From contig NC_042999.1 of NCBI RefSeq assembly GCF_006345805.1, forward strand, positions 70,122,001-70,186,000: DNA of 64,000 nt, read 5' to 3'. Under the pieces are notes generated by a model, which was not told the DNA's origin, did no database searches, and worked only from the letters and a program-made list of their open reading frames with translations. The DNA comes from Octopus sinensis. Lineage: Eukaryota. The position numbers and the translations under genes are program-made. Shown here piece after piece: positions 25,561 to 40,574 of the stretch; within the stretch, counting starts at the first letter, position 1; the number at the start of each line of letters is the position of its first letter.

Positions 25561-26795
25561 CAGGCGACTGACTGTCCTGTCAAATTTTTCCCTTTAAATA
25601 CCTGCAGTAGGCTCAAGCAGGCAGCCCCAGTAAGATATCACGTGACAATGTCTCAACTTTAACTGACCAATGAAGGCGCGTAGTCTCAGCCCACGCATTC
25701 TCTAAACGATACCGTCATCTGTCGCAGCATTCAGACACCTCTATCTTGACTTTGCCTAAGCTCTCGCATCGCTTTTTCTCGTCTTCATCTTGGAAAACAA
25801 CAAGGCGCAACTTGAGCATGATTCTTAACGCTTTGATGATGAAGATAATGTAACTGTTAGTATCTGCTCTCAATCAATCCAAGAATTGGATTCCTTAATT
25901 GCTCTCTAAATTATGGACAGATTGCTACATTTTTTTTACTTCTGTATAATGTTGATATTGTTGGATTAGCTCATCCAACTAGGTTAGGACAGTTTCTGCT
26001 GCTTCTGGTCTTGAGTCTTGAATTTGCTGTGGTGGTGGTGGTGGTGGTGGTAGTGTAGAAAATCTAAATTCAATCTAAAGACAAAACGCATCGATCCGGT
26101 GCCGGACAAAGATTCTGAATTATTTTTCCTGTTTTTATACTTCGTTTTTGAGAGCAGTCGGGTTCATTTCAGATATTCTCATTTTAAAAATCATCTTTGG
26201 CTCATCATTGAGAGGACGTTGGTGTTACCTTGGTGGAGGTTTGCGCTCTCTGAGTGCTCTTGTTATTATTATTATTGAGTGAGAGAGCAGTGCATGCCAT
26301 CAAAGTGACACTGGGGTGAAATATGCGAAGCCCAGTATATCCATCATGACTACCCGTCTGATAAGGGTACACTAGACACATGCATCGCAACCATGTGTGC
26401 GCGACATGGTGATCTCATATCAAGATAAACAGCACATGACCCTGCAGGTGGGGCCCAGTTAGAATTTTCTTCTGGACGATAAAGACGGTTTTATTCTATA
26501 AATACAGAATAGGAAAATACATTCTCTACTTAAGGATAAGCTAATTTGACTGACGTGTCTGGTGAACGAGATAAAATTATAGTGAATGATATAAAAAAAA
26601 AAGCTTTAATTTCGGCGTCCAGAAACATTACTGATAACAGAATAGAAGAACGCACCGTTCTATAAAAAGTATTGATAGTGAATATACATGTGTGTGTGTG
26701 TGTGTGTGAGTGTATACACACACACGCATACACACATATACACACACATAGTATAAGTCTAACAACACGAGCCTCGTTGGAGCCTGATCATATGT

Positions 26796-26888
<93 letters not shown>

Positions 26889-27034
26889 CATTTATATAGA
26901 GAGATATTCATAATACTTTCATGTACCTCAGAAACGCGTACACACGCACGCACACATGCACGCACACACACACACACACACACACGCATACACACACACA
27001 CGCACATACATATATGTGTGTGTGTATATATATC

Positions 27035-27359
27035 TAAAGACTCCGCCGGTTACGACGACGGGGGTCCCAGCTGATACGATCAACGGAACAGCTTGCTCGT
27101 GAAATTAACGTGCAAATGGCTGAGCATTCCACAGACACGTGTACCCTTAACGTAGTTCTCGGGGATAATCAGCGTGACACAGAGAGTGACAAGGCTGACC
27201 CTTTGAAATACAAGTACAACTCATTTTTGCCAGCTGAGTGGACTGGAGCAACGTGAAATAAAGTGTCTTGCTCAAGGACACAACGCGTCGCCGGGAATCG
27301 AACTCACAACCTTACGATCATGAGCCGAATGCCCTAACCACTAAGCCACGCGCCCTCAC
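27035..27359 (-). mobile_element. Young tRNA-derived SINE, family C
   Basis: A-box ggcttagtgg, B-box gttcgattcc; two differences from 53019-53343. Confidence 0.9.
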
Positions 27360-27502
27360 AGTGTATATATATATTATTGATAGAAATGGCAAGACAGCAA
27401 AAGAATGAAAGAGACTTCGATATTATGTACAGGAATTTATCTGTAAATCCGAAACTCGGAGTTTTATCATGACTACCGAATAATTATCGCATATTACATT
27501 AC

Positions 27503-27559
<57 letters not shown>

Positions 27560-27798
27560 CAAACGTGTGCAGAAACGACGTACTCCGCATGAATTAAAAG
27601 GTAACGCAATCGGAGGGTAGAGTAAGAAATCCATGAATTAGGTACTCTAAAACAGTCGGAAGGATTGGGACGGCCCGTGTCAGCCTGGAATAAATATTGT
27701 CAATTCAAATAGACGAATGAAAAAAAAACGAAAATCAAAAACGAACGTGCGGACGTGCACAAGGACTGTATTAGCTTGACGCTCGGTAAAAGGAGAGA

Positions 27799-27832
27799 GT
27801 TTGACGTTTCAAGCTTAGCTCTTCGTCGAAAA
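27799..27832 (-). ncRNA. Minimal type I hammerhead-like motif lacking one core U
   Basis: UUUU-C-GACGA-A-GAGC(UAA)GCUU-GAAAC-GUC-AAAC. Confidence 0.45.
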
Positions 27833-28964
27833 GGAGAAAGGAAAAATTGTCTTATAGCACCTGAAGCGTGTACAGTCCGACTCCTCCATCAACCAAGGAA
27901 CCGAACACCACCACGGACAGTGACTATAATTATGAAGTGTGAAAAAAACCTATAGAATCACTAGAACTAGTTGTCTTCCACAGAAGTTACCTTAGCACCA
28001 TACTATGTATAATTTTACGCGGTTACATCCTAAATGAAACCAGATGAAAAATAGGTAAAATATAGTAATAAAGTACTTTAACCAAATTAGCCTTCTGAGT
28101 ATCAAACATTAGTGTAGATACATCGAGAAAAGGCAAAATTTACTGCGGTATTCGTCCGGGGATAGGTTCTCTTATCGACGTGCTGTGTTTAAAGACACAA
28201 ATATATCAGTTGCGGATGGAAACCGTCGAGCAGCGGCGGTGAGAATGTTAGTTGTACATTTCTACGTAGTTGAGCTTTGCCAGTAGCATGTACTTACTGC
28301 CAAAAGTGGCTGCCAAAATGCTGATGGAAATTTTGAACTCATGACAAAGAGAGCAGGGTGAGTATTACATAATCGAGGTCATCTTGCCTGTCATATCAAC
28401 TTGTTCTGCTCTCGTAATAAATCGCACGAGATACAATATAAAAAGCAAATAATTAAATTCTGATTCAGGAAATTTAAATTTTTGTCTCCATATTTATTTA
28501 CGGCTGGACTGTTTTTAGGAAACTTTGGGCCTAGTTGAAATGCCAGCTAAATTCTCTCAAATCACGCTCGACAGTTTTTTTCCTTAGATGACGGACAGCA
28601 AAATGATTAATGTAGTTTCATATCTACAAAAGTCGGGATAGTCATAGATCTGCTCAACAGATGTCGGTTATGGTCTATGCACCCCCACTCACACACACAT
28701 ATCTACATGTGACGCTGTCGATCGAAAGAACTAAAGAAACATCTCCCTATTTGTTTTCCAAATTATTGACAAAGTGTCTCCTTTTTTTCCGTGATATAAC
28801 GGGTACAAGGTATCCAGTCTGGGACTCTAACGATTCTGGCAATCCCCTTGCTCTCAGAGGAAAGGCAAAATTGCCCTCGGCAGGATTTGAACGCAGTAAG
28901 TCGGAACGAATATCATGAAGCATTTTGTTCAACACGCTAACGAATATGCCAAATTGCAATCTGA

Positions 28965-29035
<71 letters not shown>

Positions 29036-29100
29036 CACATGCATACACGTACATACGTATATGCGTGCGTGTATATATATGAGTGTGTGCGTATGTATAA

Positions 29101-29137
<37 letters not shown>

Positions 29138-29162
29138 TAGATAGATAGATAGATAGATAGAT

Positions 29163-29207
<45 letters not shown>

Positions 29208-30691
29208 CGTACATTTAAGTGGGTATACACATACGTTCACAATTTTCTGGTTACTTGAGTCGGTATGCAGCGTGACTGCGCATTTATAAAAAGTAAAATA
29301 TTTGCTTGTTGATACAACAAACCAAATGGTTTGAAATGCATGTTGTTGTTGTTGTTATTGTTTTGCTTGGGGTTTTTAACATTTCGACTCTAGTTGATAA
29401 AAATATAACCAGTTGTGTCGTCATTGCTTAGTTTTCACAACGAGGCTAAAATTGTGTTTGTTAGAAAGGTATACCCTATATTAACCTTTCACCTGCCCTG
29501 TGCATTAGATGTTATACATAAGACATATTTCCCTGGCGTCTATACACAATCTCAATTCTTTTCAACCACCCAAGTAACTTAAGATTATGAAAGGAAAACT
29601 TTTTTAGAACGTGTGAAACGAAGGTTAACTAAAAGTCTGAAAGCAAGCATGGACGTTTCGGACAAGCTTATGAAAATGCTTTGAACTGGCAAAGGGTTAA
29701 GGTGGCAAATTAACAGCAGCAGTCCACACGACTCTTGGAGGTCCATATCAGATTTTGTTGCTAAAGTTTATGTTCAATAATTTGGTTACACTTCTATGAC
29801 ATACAAAATATTTTTGAGAATTATACAGTTCCTATTAATATTTAATTTTTTAAAAATACAATTGGATGTTTTCAAACATCGAGTGGTTTTAGGGTCCACT
29901 TGAGTAAAATAAGTATCAAAGGGGTTCATAAGTAAAAAATGGTTGAGAACTATTTTTCCGGCTCTCTGCGCTCCGAGTTCAAATCCAGCTCGATATGATC
30001 AATGTTGCCTTTCATCTTTTCGGGCTTGTTAAATAAAGTACCAATTCTGGAGTTCATCATTTCGTCTTCTTTCTGAAAGAAATCGTCTAGATCAGCTTTG
30101 ATCATAGTTGTCCTTGATCATGGTTGACTTGGGGCTAACAACAACAATTTCCTTTCGTCTAGATTTGGCAAGATATGTAGAGCGTCTGATAAAATGCCGT
30201 TCTTAGTTCTGTACCTTTACGTTCAAATCTCGCCCAGGTTGACTTTGCCTTCTATCTGCAAGACAGAAGTTGGCTCTTTCAAATAACAACGAACCGATGA
30301 ACACATTATCTGACGGGTCATTTCCTTATACAATAATATCTGTAACCTGATGTAACCGCACAGATCGACTAAATACGTATAGGTAACATCTGATAACCAT
30401 ACACTCCCAAGAGGCCTGTTGGTTTGCCAGAGATACAAAATAACTCCTTCAAAGAATAGAAATGATATCATACATTTGTCTTTCAAATTATCCAAAAGAC
30501 TGTTACAATAATTATCAATTTCCATTCACTAAATTCATCACAGAGTAATGGTTGGCCCAGAGCAAAAGACACTTGCCCAAAGTGCTGCACAACAGGACTG
30601 AACTCTGGAGCACCTCGTTTGGAAGTAGGTTTCTTACCCACAAAGCTACGCCCGAACGTTCAGTCTCTTGCATGAAGCTTTATATTTCAGG

Positions 30692-30855
30692 CATAGCAGT
30701 GGCTGTGTGGTAAGTAGCTTGCTTACCAACCACATGGTTCCGGGTTCAGTCCCACTGCGTGACACCTTGGGCAAGTGTCTTCAACTATAGCCTCGGGCCA
30801 ACCAAAGCATTGTGAGTGGATTTGGTAGACGGAAACTGAAAGAAGTCCGTCGTAC

Positions 30856-30890
<35 letters not shown>

Positions 30891-31080
30891 TTTGTCCCCC
30901 AAACATCGCTTGACAACCGATGCTGGTGTATTTACGTCCCCGTAACTTAGCAGTTCGGCAAAAGAGACCGATAGAATAAGTACTAGGCTTACAAAGAATA
31001 AGTCCTGGGGCCGATTTGCTCGACTAAAGGCGGTGCTCCAGCATGGCCACGGTCAAATGACTGAAACAAGTAAAAGATTT
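30692..31080 (+). mobile_element. SINE family B
   Basis: Complete head, core and tail. Confidence 0.85.
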
Positions 31081-31944
31081 AATATTTGTTTAAGCTATCC
31101 AACGTAAACAGTAACAAACCATTAGAAAATCTTGTTCGTTATATTTTAATCGTCATTAAATTAATTGATATTTAATATGATATTAACGACAGAAATTATT
31201 AACGTTAGAAATTCGCATGTGTCTATTTTGCACCAGGTATTCGGTTTTAACTGTTACACGGCGGATGCCAAATTACTTGCATTCCAGAACAATTAGATTT
31301 TGTTTTTTAATCAAAGATGCACTTTGTACATAGCATTCTATCTCCTGAAATATTGCACCTATGAAATAGATTTAACTTATTTTGGTTTTGTGAAAGTTAT
31401 GCGATGAATATAATCGTGTGTTACAGCTTGTTTCCCACCGAAATAAACCATAGAATTGGAATAACACCCGTTGTTGCGAAAGATAGAGAGTAAGATAGAG
31501 AAATATACGGAGAGATAGCGTCAGACAAATAGACAAACAGAAAGCGAGAGGGGGAGATAGAAGGGTGGGAGGAATAACATAAAGCAATAATAGCGTGAGT
31601 CATGGCATCATTCAAGAGCTATGTGATATGTTAATCGACATTTTCAGGGCATTCTCTGACAGCTTTCTCTTTCTCACTGAATTCGTAAATCTTTTACCTA
31701 ACGAAGTTACTGAGTCAAACAACTGACAAAAACGTATTACATCTCAGTGAGCCAGCTATTGGTTCGTTGGAAACCTGTAAACATCGACGCTGTCGTGATA
31801 CAAACGTGATATAAAATTTTTTAAAAGTAACCAGTTACAAAAGAAGTTTTCTATAAACCGTTTCATGTCTCAAGAAAGTACAGCTGTGCTTTCCAGATAC
31901 TTTTACAAAGAAAAAGGGAGTGCAGACAGTACTTTCTTATTTCT

Positions 31945-32355
31945 TTATTGCCCACAAGCGGCTAAACATAGAGGGCACAAACAAGGATAGACAAACGGAT
32001 TAAGTCGATTACATCGACCCCAGTGCGTAACTGGTACTTAATTTATCGACCCCGAAAGGATGAAAGGCAAAGTCGACCTTGGCGGAATTTGAACTCAGAA
32101 CGTAACGGCAGACGAAATACCTATTTCTTTACTACCCACAAGGGGCTAAACACAGAGAGGACAAACAAGGACACACAAACGGATTAAGTCGATTATATCG
32201 ACCCCAGTGCGTAACTGGTACTTATTTAATCGACCCCGAAAGGATGAAAGACAAAGTCAACCTCGGTGGAATTTGAACTCGGAACGTAAAGACAGGCGAA
32301 ATACTGCTAACCATTTCGCCCGGAGTGCTAACGATTCTGCCAGCTCGCCGCCTTG
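31945..32355 (-). mobile_element. SINE family A tandem dimer
   Basis: Same tail-to-body junction as at ~21620. Confidence 0.8.
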
Positions 32356-32394
32356 TGCGGACAGTACTTTCTGAAGGCTCTTGGCTTAATGGTT

Positions 32395-32690
32395 AGGATA
32401 TTTGAATCACGATGGTAAGGTCATGTGATCGATACGCGGCGGCGCGTTGTGTCCTTGAGCAAGACATTTTATTTCACGTTGCTTTAACTGACAAAAACAG
32501 AGGGATACCTATATTTCGAAGGACCAGCTTTGTTATATGTTGTGTCACGCTGAATCCCCTTGAGAACTACATTAAGGGTACATGTGATTGTGGAGTGCTC
32601 AGCCACTTGCACGTTAACTTTACTAGAAGGCTGTTCCGTTGATCGAATCAACTGGAACACTCCTCGTCGCAACCGACGGAGTGCCAGTTT
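32395..32690 (+). mobile_element. SINE family C, old copy
   Basis: Diverged reverse complement of 27035-27359. Confidence 0.7.
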
Positions 32691-33343
32691 AAGGTATAGG
32701 GACACTGTGCAGTTTCTCAAGCATCTCATGGATCGGAGACCCGATTCTGATCTAAGTATGTTGTGGTATGCTATAATGGTTATTATAAGGCTCATTGCAA
32801 TGATTTGCCCGAGAGTTTGTAATGCTGCCAAGATAGCCCTAGGTATAGATTACAGGGCGGCGGTGGTTAGTTTTGAGGCTCCTGTGTGTTTGCCATAGCT
32901 TTTGCCATAGCTTTTTTGTCAGACTGGGCATGGGGAGGGCCAGCGTCTGCACGGAGCGGTTGTGGTAGAGTGGGTATGGGTGAGATCCGGGTGGGTGTGG
33001 GCTAAGGGCCATCTTCCACCCTGTGTGTCCCCTCCTCTCCACCACCTTCCAACCGGCTCTCGACTCCCCGTTCCTCTCGACACCAGCGCCTATCCTCCTC
33101 CGTTGCTCCACTCTCAACTCATACCTCAACTTCTTGCGCGACGCCCCTTCATCACACAAGAGGCAAAACGTCGCTCCGCCAGGACAGCAAAAAGAAAATA
33201 AAAATTAAACAAAAAATCATGTGTGTCCCAAACACATCCAACAATGCAACTGAACAACCATAAACCGGAAGTCACCTACTCTCGACTTTCTGCTGTCGAC
33301 CGGTTACTGATTTATTTATAATGGCTGGCTACTACCATTTTTT

Positions 33344-33390
<47 letters not shown>

Positions 33391-33413
33391 TACATACAGA
33401 CAGACAGACAGAC

Positions 33414-33486
<73 letters not shown>

Positions 33487-34963
33487 TGTGTTTCAATAAT
33501 TTGACCGGAGCCATGTTGAGGCACCACCTTGAAAGGTTTGGTTGAACAAATTGATCCCACAACCTATTTAAATCTGATACTCATTGTATCGATAGCTCTG
33601 GCCGAACCGCTAATTTACGGAAGTGGAAACAAATCAACACCAGCTATCACACACATACACATACATACACACATATATATACATATATAAATATATATGT
33701 TTATTTATTCGAACGGCTTCGACACAGTTCCTGTCGACCGAATTCACTGATAACGCATCGGTCAGCCAAGGGCTATACACGAAAATACTTGCCCAAGGTG
33801 ACGCATTGTGAGACTGAACCGAAAACCACATGGCTTCAAACGAGTTTCTTAACTGTACAGCCATGCTACTATTTTGCTGGTTCTGTTTTATGGGCCCCAA
33901 CAGTTTGAAACACAAAATAAACATGGGTGTAGATTCGAACACAAAGCTTGAAGAAACAAATGTTTCCATCAATAATAATGGTTTCTAACATAGCATTTTA
34001 TCGACCCCTGAACGATGGCATGCAAACTTCACTTTGTCGTAAATTCGAATTCAGGACATAAAGACCGTAAGTGGACTTTTCCACCAATAACAACAATAAA
34101 TTGTAACTATACGCTCAGGTATGGATGTGTGGTTAAGAAGGTCGCATTCGGATTCAGTCCCACTGTACGGCGCCTTGGCTGTCTTCTACTATAGCCTCGG
34201 AACGATCAATGCCTTGTGAGGGAATCTGGTAGACGGAAACTGTGTAGAAGCCTGTCATATATATATATTTGTGTATGTGTGTACTTGCGTTAGTCCTAAT
34301 TTTCACCGCCTGACATCTGGTGTTGGTTTATTTACGTCCCTGTAACTTAGCGGTTCGCCAAAAGAAACGATGTGAATATATTGAGATCAAATTCCGCCGA
34401 GGTCGACTTTGCTTTTCAGCCTTTCGGAGTCAATGAAATAAGCACCAGTTGAGCACAGGGGTCAATGTAATCGACTTACCCCGTCCCTAAAAATAACTGG
34501 CCTTGTGCCAAAACTTTGAAATCAATACATTGTGAAAATACAACATCAAATGTACGTTTTATGAATTTATGGTGAACCTTGAAAGAAGACGTAAGCCATG
34601 CTAAGTATTTAAACATCTTATTTATCCTGCCTCTCTAAACGAGTCAAAGTGTATGTAGTTAAATAGATATTTCTGTTCAAAAAGTAGATAAATTATCTAC
34701 AAGAAAAACAAGACTGTCATGTTTTCAGGCAATGTTGGCAAAATATACCAATCTCTTGTTTCTTTCTCCAACTGCAAATACTAAAATCTACCTCGTAAAT
34801 GCTATCATCTCTCCACAAACAACTCCGTTTTATGAGCACCCAAAATGTAAGGACGTTATTCAAATTACGAAGAGCAGAAACACAACCTACTCAACGCTCA
34901 GCTTGTGTAATAAATACCAAGTAAAAAGTCAAATAATTAAATGCGTTTCTAAATGCTCACATC

Positions 34964-35004
<41 letters not shown>

Positions 35005-35076
35005 GTGTGTGTATGTGTGTGTGTGTGTGTGTGTGTGCGTGCGTGTGTGTGTGCGTGTGTGTGTGTGTGTGTGTGT

Positions 35077-35149
<73 letters not shown>

Positions 35150-35474
35150 TATCTTGAATACTTCTATCTTTCCAGTGAAATCTGTACTCCAAATTGCTAC
35201 TGCTGTAAGTAATTACTATTATATGAAAATATATAAGAAAGCTGTCAGACAAAATATATATTCTTCTCTTTCGTTTACTTATTCCTTGGCTTGCGTGATT
35301 GCTCTTTATGCAAAAATGTCAGAGTATATGCATTTGTGCGATTTGTGTGATGAGTGTGTGTGTGTGTATATATATATATATACATACATACATACATACA
35401 TACATACTACATACATACATACATACATACATACATACATACATACATGCATGGATACATACATGCATACATGC

Positions 35475-35720
35475 AAATCCAGTACTCAGGATACACTTTC
35501 AACTTCATACCTATGACTTTTGGAGCAACCGGATGCATACCAAGCTGTCTGGAGCATAGTGTGGATGAACTCGGGTTCTTGAGGCGAGAAAGCAAATCTT
35601 TAATTCATGCACTACAGAACAACAGATGATCATGATATCTGGAGCTATGAAAATCTGCAAGACCTCCTTAAGATTTAAAGGATGATGAACAAGACAAGAT
35701 GCTTTTGTTCATGGCCTTGC
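35475..35720 (+). pseudogene. 3' fragment of an RLE-type non-LTR retrotransposon
   Basis: ELGFLRRESKSLIHALQ...ISGAMKICK parallels ...ITGTVTICKTF at ~48670; (CATA)n on both sides. Confidence 0.55.
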
Positions 35721-35807
35721 CAACAAGTCAAAATTTACTCGAAATTAAAACGAGAAAGAGTAAATACATACATACATACAATATATATATATATATATAT
35801 ACATACA

Positions 35808-35876
<69 letters not shown>

Positions 35877-35916
35877 TATATATATTATATATATATATAT
35901 ATATTATATATATATA

Positions 35917-37254
35917 TTGGGCCATCCCATAAATAATGTGGGCTTACTCTTTTACTCTTTTACTCTTTTACTTGTTTCAGTCATTTGACTGCGGCCATGC
36001 TGGAGCACCGCCTTTAGTCGATCAAATCGACCCCGGGACTTTTTCTTTGTAAGCCCAGTACTTATTCTATCGGTCTCTTTTGCCGAACCGCTAAGTGACG
36101 GGGACGTAAACACACCAGCATCGGTTGTCAAGCAATGCTAGGGGGACAAACACAGACACACAAACACACATATATATATACATATATACGACAGGCTTCT
36201 TTCAGTTTCCGTCTACCAAATCCACTCACAATGCATTGGTCGGCCCGGGGCTATAGCAGAAGACACTTGCCCAAGATGCCACGCAGTGGGACTGAACCCG
36301 CAACCATGTGGTTGGTTAGCAAGCTACTTACCACACAGCCACTCCTGCGCCTATGTTTGTTTTTTTAATTGCATGAACTAAAAGTCAGAGGGGGACGGGA
36401 TAAACTACCTGCATTAACCTGCTGTAAAAACAGGTAGTAATTTTACCTGGTTTTATTCTTAGTGCAAATTTTGAAGAGTGCAATTCGATTTTAGCAGTTA
36501 TCTTATCAAGGCTATAATGGAAGTGACAAAGAAGAATATTCGGCATATTTTGCTTTGTGAGTTCAATAAAGGTGACAATGCAACGAAAAGTGCGTGGAAT
36601 ATTAATGCAGTATATGGGATTGGACAATAAGTGTAAGCCAGTGTCAACGATGGTTCCAGATATTCCGAACGGGAAATTACAGCCTAAAGACGAGCCTCAT
36701 CCTGAATGATCAATGGAGCTAGACGAGAACGTCCTGCAAACCCTGATGGAACAAAACCCCATAGTAACTGTTGGGGAACTAGCAGAGGAGCTTGGATTTG
36801 GTCATTCAACCAGTCATTCAAGTCAGCGCTAGAAGAGAAACGACCGTCTTTTGTTTCAAGACGAAACAAGTTCTTCCATCAGGATAATGCTCGGTTACAT
36901 ATAGCGAAGATAACATTCCAAAGACTGGAGCAGTTTGAACGGGAAACGATGCCTCCAACCCACCATATTCGCCGGACATTGCCCCATCTGATTATCATTT
37001 ATTCCGCAGTCTTCAAACTCATTTGGAGGGGGAAAATATGAATTCTGTAAACGAGCTCAGAACAATACTGGAGGAGTATCTTTTGTCAAGGATAATTGAA
37101 TTTTGAAAGAGAGGCCTTGCAAGTTTACCTGATAGATGGAAGAGTATTGTTTAAAATGAAAGAGGGCATATTTTAGATTAAAAAATAACTTTGTTTATCT
37201 TAATTTTGAAAAATAAAAGAAGTATAAAAAAAACACTATTTATGGGATGACCCA

Positions 37255-37255
<1 letters not shown>
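35917..37255 (+). mobile_element. Mariner element, internally deleted, with a SINE B insertion (~35945-36352, minus)
   Basis: TIRs ttgggccatcccataaata / tatttatgggatgacccag with TA flanks, inside (TA)n. Confidence 0.9.
36517..37181 (+). pseudogene. Mariner transposase pseudogene
   Basis: MEVTKKNIRHILLCEF, QRWF, FFHQDNAR, PYSPDIAPSDYHLFRSLQ, LPDRWK; contains stops, frameshifts and a central deletion. Confidence 0.9.
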
Positions 37256-37334
<79 letters not shown>

Positions 37335-37379
37335 GTGTGTTTGTTTCTCTGTATGTATATATTGTCTTGGGTATGACTT

Positions 37380-38030
37380 TAAACTACTTGAGCTCTAGTT
37401 CTGGAGTTTCAAGGTTTTGAAGCCTCTTAGGTACGATTGTTCCCAAGTCTTCTCTGACCTGGAGTAGTAGCACCTCTCAGGATCCCAGCTATGGCTTGAC
37501 TAGCTTATATAGTGACATTCCATCTGAGCGCGGAGATGCAGGAATCTCTTTGGTAAATGTCAAAGCGCGCAGTCAAGCCACTGTGAGTGAGAGATCCCTA
37601 GCTGTTGTCAAAGCATCCTTCTAGTAGCGACACAATTATGTAAAACTTGTAGTTTCACGTACGTGATTATTGGTCATCTCTCTTCGATCTGTGTCTAGGT
37701 ATTAATCATGGAGATTCAGAGTATGGTTCTCGTGTTGTACAAGTGTTTATCACAATAATCCAGTGATGCAAATATGTCTCTTTATGGTAGCCTCATTTGT
37801 CATTCTGTCTTTTGAAAGTCCTATGGTGATGGAAGAATAGTGACGTGTGTAGATCTAACCAGTTGCAAGCACACACCAAGTTATACCTTTTGTCTGTCAA
37901 CTATGCACCAAACCATGCATATGTACAACAGGATTGAATAATCCTCTGAGATCACGGATGGAAAGTTAGAAATGCCAGTGAGGAAGCACAAGGATATGGC
38001 AATCACCTGTTGAGATGGATTAATCATCGT
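37380..38030 (-). pseudogene. Possible very decayed LINE RT fragment
   Basis: GITWCVLAT resembles GVKQGCVLAP; many stops. Confidence 0.3.
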
Positions 38031-38074
38031 GTATCTATGTATCTATATAATTAATGAACGTACGGACAATGTTG

Positions 38075-38139
<65 letters not shown>

Positions 38140-39378
38140 GAGTGAGATGGCAGTGCATGCCATCAAAGTGACAATGGGGTAAAATATGCGAAGCCCAGTA
38201 TATCCATCATGACTACCTGTCTGATAAGGGAACACTAGGCACATGCATCACAACCATATGTGCGCGACATGGTGATCTCATATCAAGATAAACAGCACAT
38301 GACTCTGCAGGTGGGGCCCAGTTAGAATTTTCTTCTGGTCGAGTGACCCATCCAGCTCAAAAGGTCCCTGAATAAGGATTGTTTAAGGATTATACAAGGA
38401 TTATATTTTGGGGTGGGAGGGGACAAGTCGATTACAACCACCCCAGTATTCAGCTGGTAAATATGAAAGGCATAGTCTACCTCAGCGGATTTGAACTTAG
38501 AACGTAAAGCCGGAACAAAATGGCACCAAGCATTTTGTCCAGCGTGCTAACAATTCTGTCAGCACGCCGCCTTAGATTTGAACTAAACATTACCGTGTGT
38601 TTTTCTTCATCTGCCAATCCTGTCCACTTCTAAATACAACAATGTAATTAAGGCAGTAAATTGTGTTAACCATTTCTTTCAAATATTTGGCGTGATTAGA
38701 AGTTTGCATTTGAAATTTAGGAACAGGATACGCATCCTTAATTTGTATTCTTCCTTTTTTGGCGCTTGCTTATTGCGAAGTTCTCAAAATATCTCGTCAG
38801 TGATAATCACGTATCGCACTCTATCATTCTTTCTAGAAATTATCCACATGGCATAACCTGAGATATATTAATTAAAGATTCTATGGAGTGAAACAGGTGG
38901 AAAATAACTACAGTCTGCAAGAAAATGATGGAATCTATGTTTTCTTTTTCCTTTTGTCGTTTTTCTTTTTCTTTATAGACCGTTCAATTTCGATCAAAAG
39001 CATTATTTTCCACTTGCTTCTATTTTTCGACGATGTATAATATGTGTGTGTGTATGTGTGAGTCTGTTTGTGTATGTATGTGTGTCTTCGTGTGTCTGTG
39101 AGTATGATTATGGGCGTGTGTGTATGCTTGTAAGTATTCTTCCTATTAAAATAGAAAATTATTTAAAATCCGTTCCAAAGAGATGTATTATTTCTAATAC
39201 TCGACAGCGTGGTATAATACACATTTCTCTCTAACAAGGTCATTCATGGAATACTGCTCATATTTTTGTGACGGCAATTTTTCACCATCACTTGAATGCA
39301 TTGGATACTATCCAAATAAACACTCTTCGTATACATATATACATATACTTATGTATACACACACACACTTACGCATAT

Positions 39379-39476
<98 letters not shown>

Positions 39477-39974
39477 CGCAGTTATACTGAAAATACATTT
39501 TGCGTTAAATGCGAATTAACGAGATGCTGAATTATGAAGAAAAGAAAAAGATTTAGAACAATAATACATACAGTAATGTATAAATACAACTAATCTGAAC
39601 ACTCACATGAATATAATGCCAACCCAATGTTGCCACATATTGAAATGAATACATGTATAATACTAGCCCTCCCGGCGGTTTACTGCTGGTTTGTGCAGTA
39701 TTATCTTTTCCCTTGTCTCAGTCAATAAACTACGGCCATGCGGGAACACTGCTCTGAAGGATTTTAGTCGAACAAAACGACACCAGGAATTTTTTCTTTA
39801 AAGCCTAGTACTTATTCTATCGGTTTCTTTTGCCGAATTGCTAAGATACAGGAACATAAACACACACCCTCGGTTGTCAAGCGATGGTGGGGTGGGGTAG
39901 GGGCAAACACAGTCACAAAGACACATTGATAAGTATAAATATATGCTGCCCCAACATGGCCACAGTTTGATAAA

Positions 39975-40019
<45 letters not shown>

Positions 40020-40439
40020 ACTCTTTACTCTTTTACTCTTTTACTTGTTTCAGTCATTTGACTGCGGCCATGCTGGAGCACCGCCTTTAGTCGAGCAAAT
40101 CGACCCCGGGACTTATTCTTTGTAAGCCCAGTACTTATTCTATCGGTCTCTTTTGCCGAACCGCTAAGTGACGGGGACGTAAACACACCAGCATCGGTTG
40201 TCAAGCAATGCTAGAGGGACAAACACAGACACACAAACATATACACACACATACATACATATATATATACATATATACGACAGGCTTCTTTCAGTTTCCG
40301 TCTACCAAATCCACTCACAAGGCATTGGTCGGCCCGAGTCTATAGCAGAAGATACTTGCCCAAGATGCCACGCAGTGGGACTGAACCCAGAACCATGTGG
40401 TTGGTAGGCAAGCTACTTACCACACAGCCACTCCTGCGC

Positions 40440-40442
<3 letters not shown>
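40020..40442 (-). mobile_element. SINE family B
   Basis: Complete copy with (TAAAAGAG)n tail. Confidence 0.85.
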
Positions 40443-40471
<29 letters not shown>

Positions 40472-40475
40472 ATAT

Positions 40476-40574
<99 letters not shown>

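Noticed and set aside
27290-27359. tRNA-like sequence with a CAT anticodon-like loop
   Set aside because: It is the head of a SINE, has a poor acceptor stem and continues into the SINE body; not a tRNA gene.
28287-28357. Candidate exon ending in a strong gg|gtgagt donor
   Set aside because: Weak acceptor with an in-frame stop immediately upstream, and phase incompatible with the other candidates; could still be a non-coding first exon.
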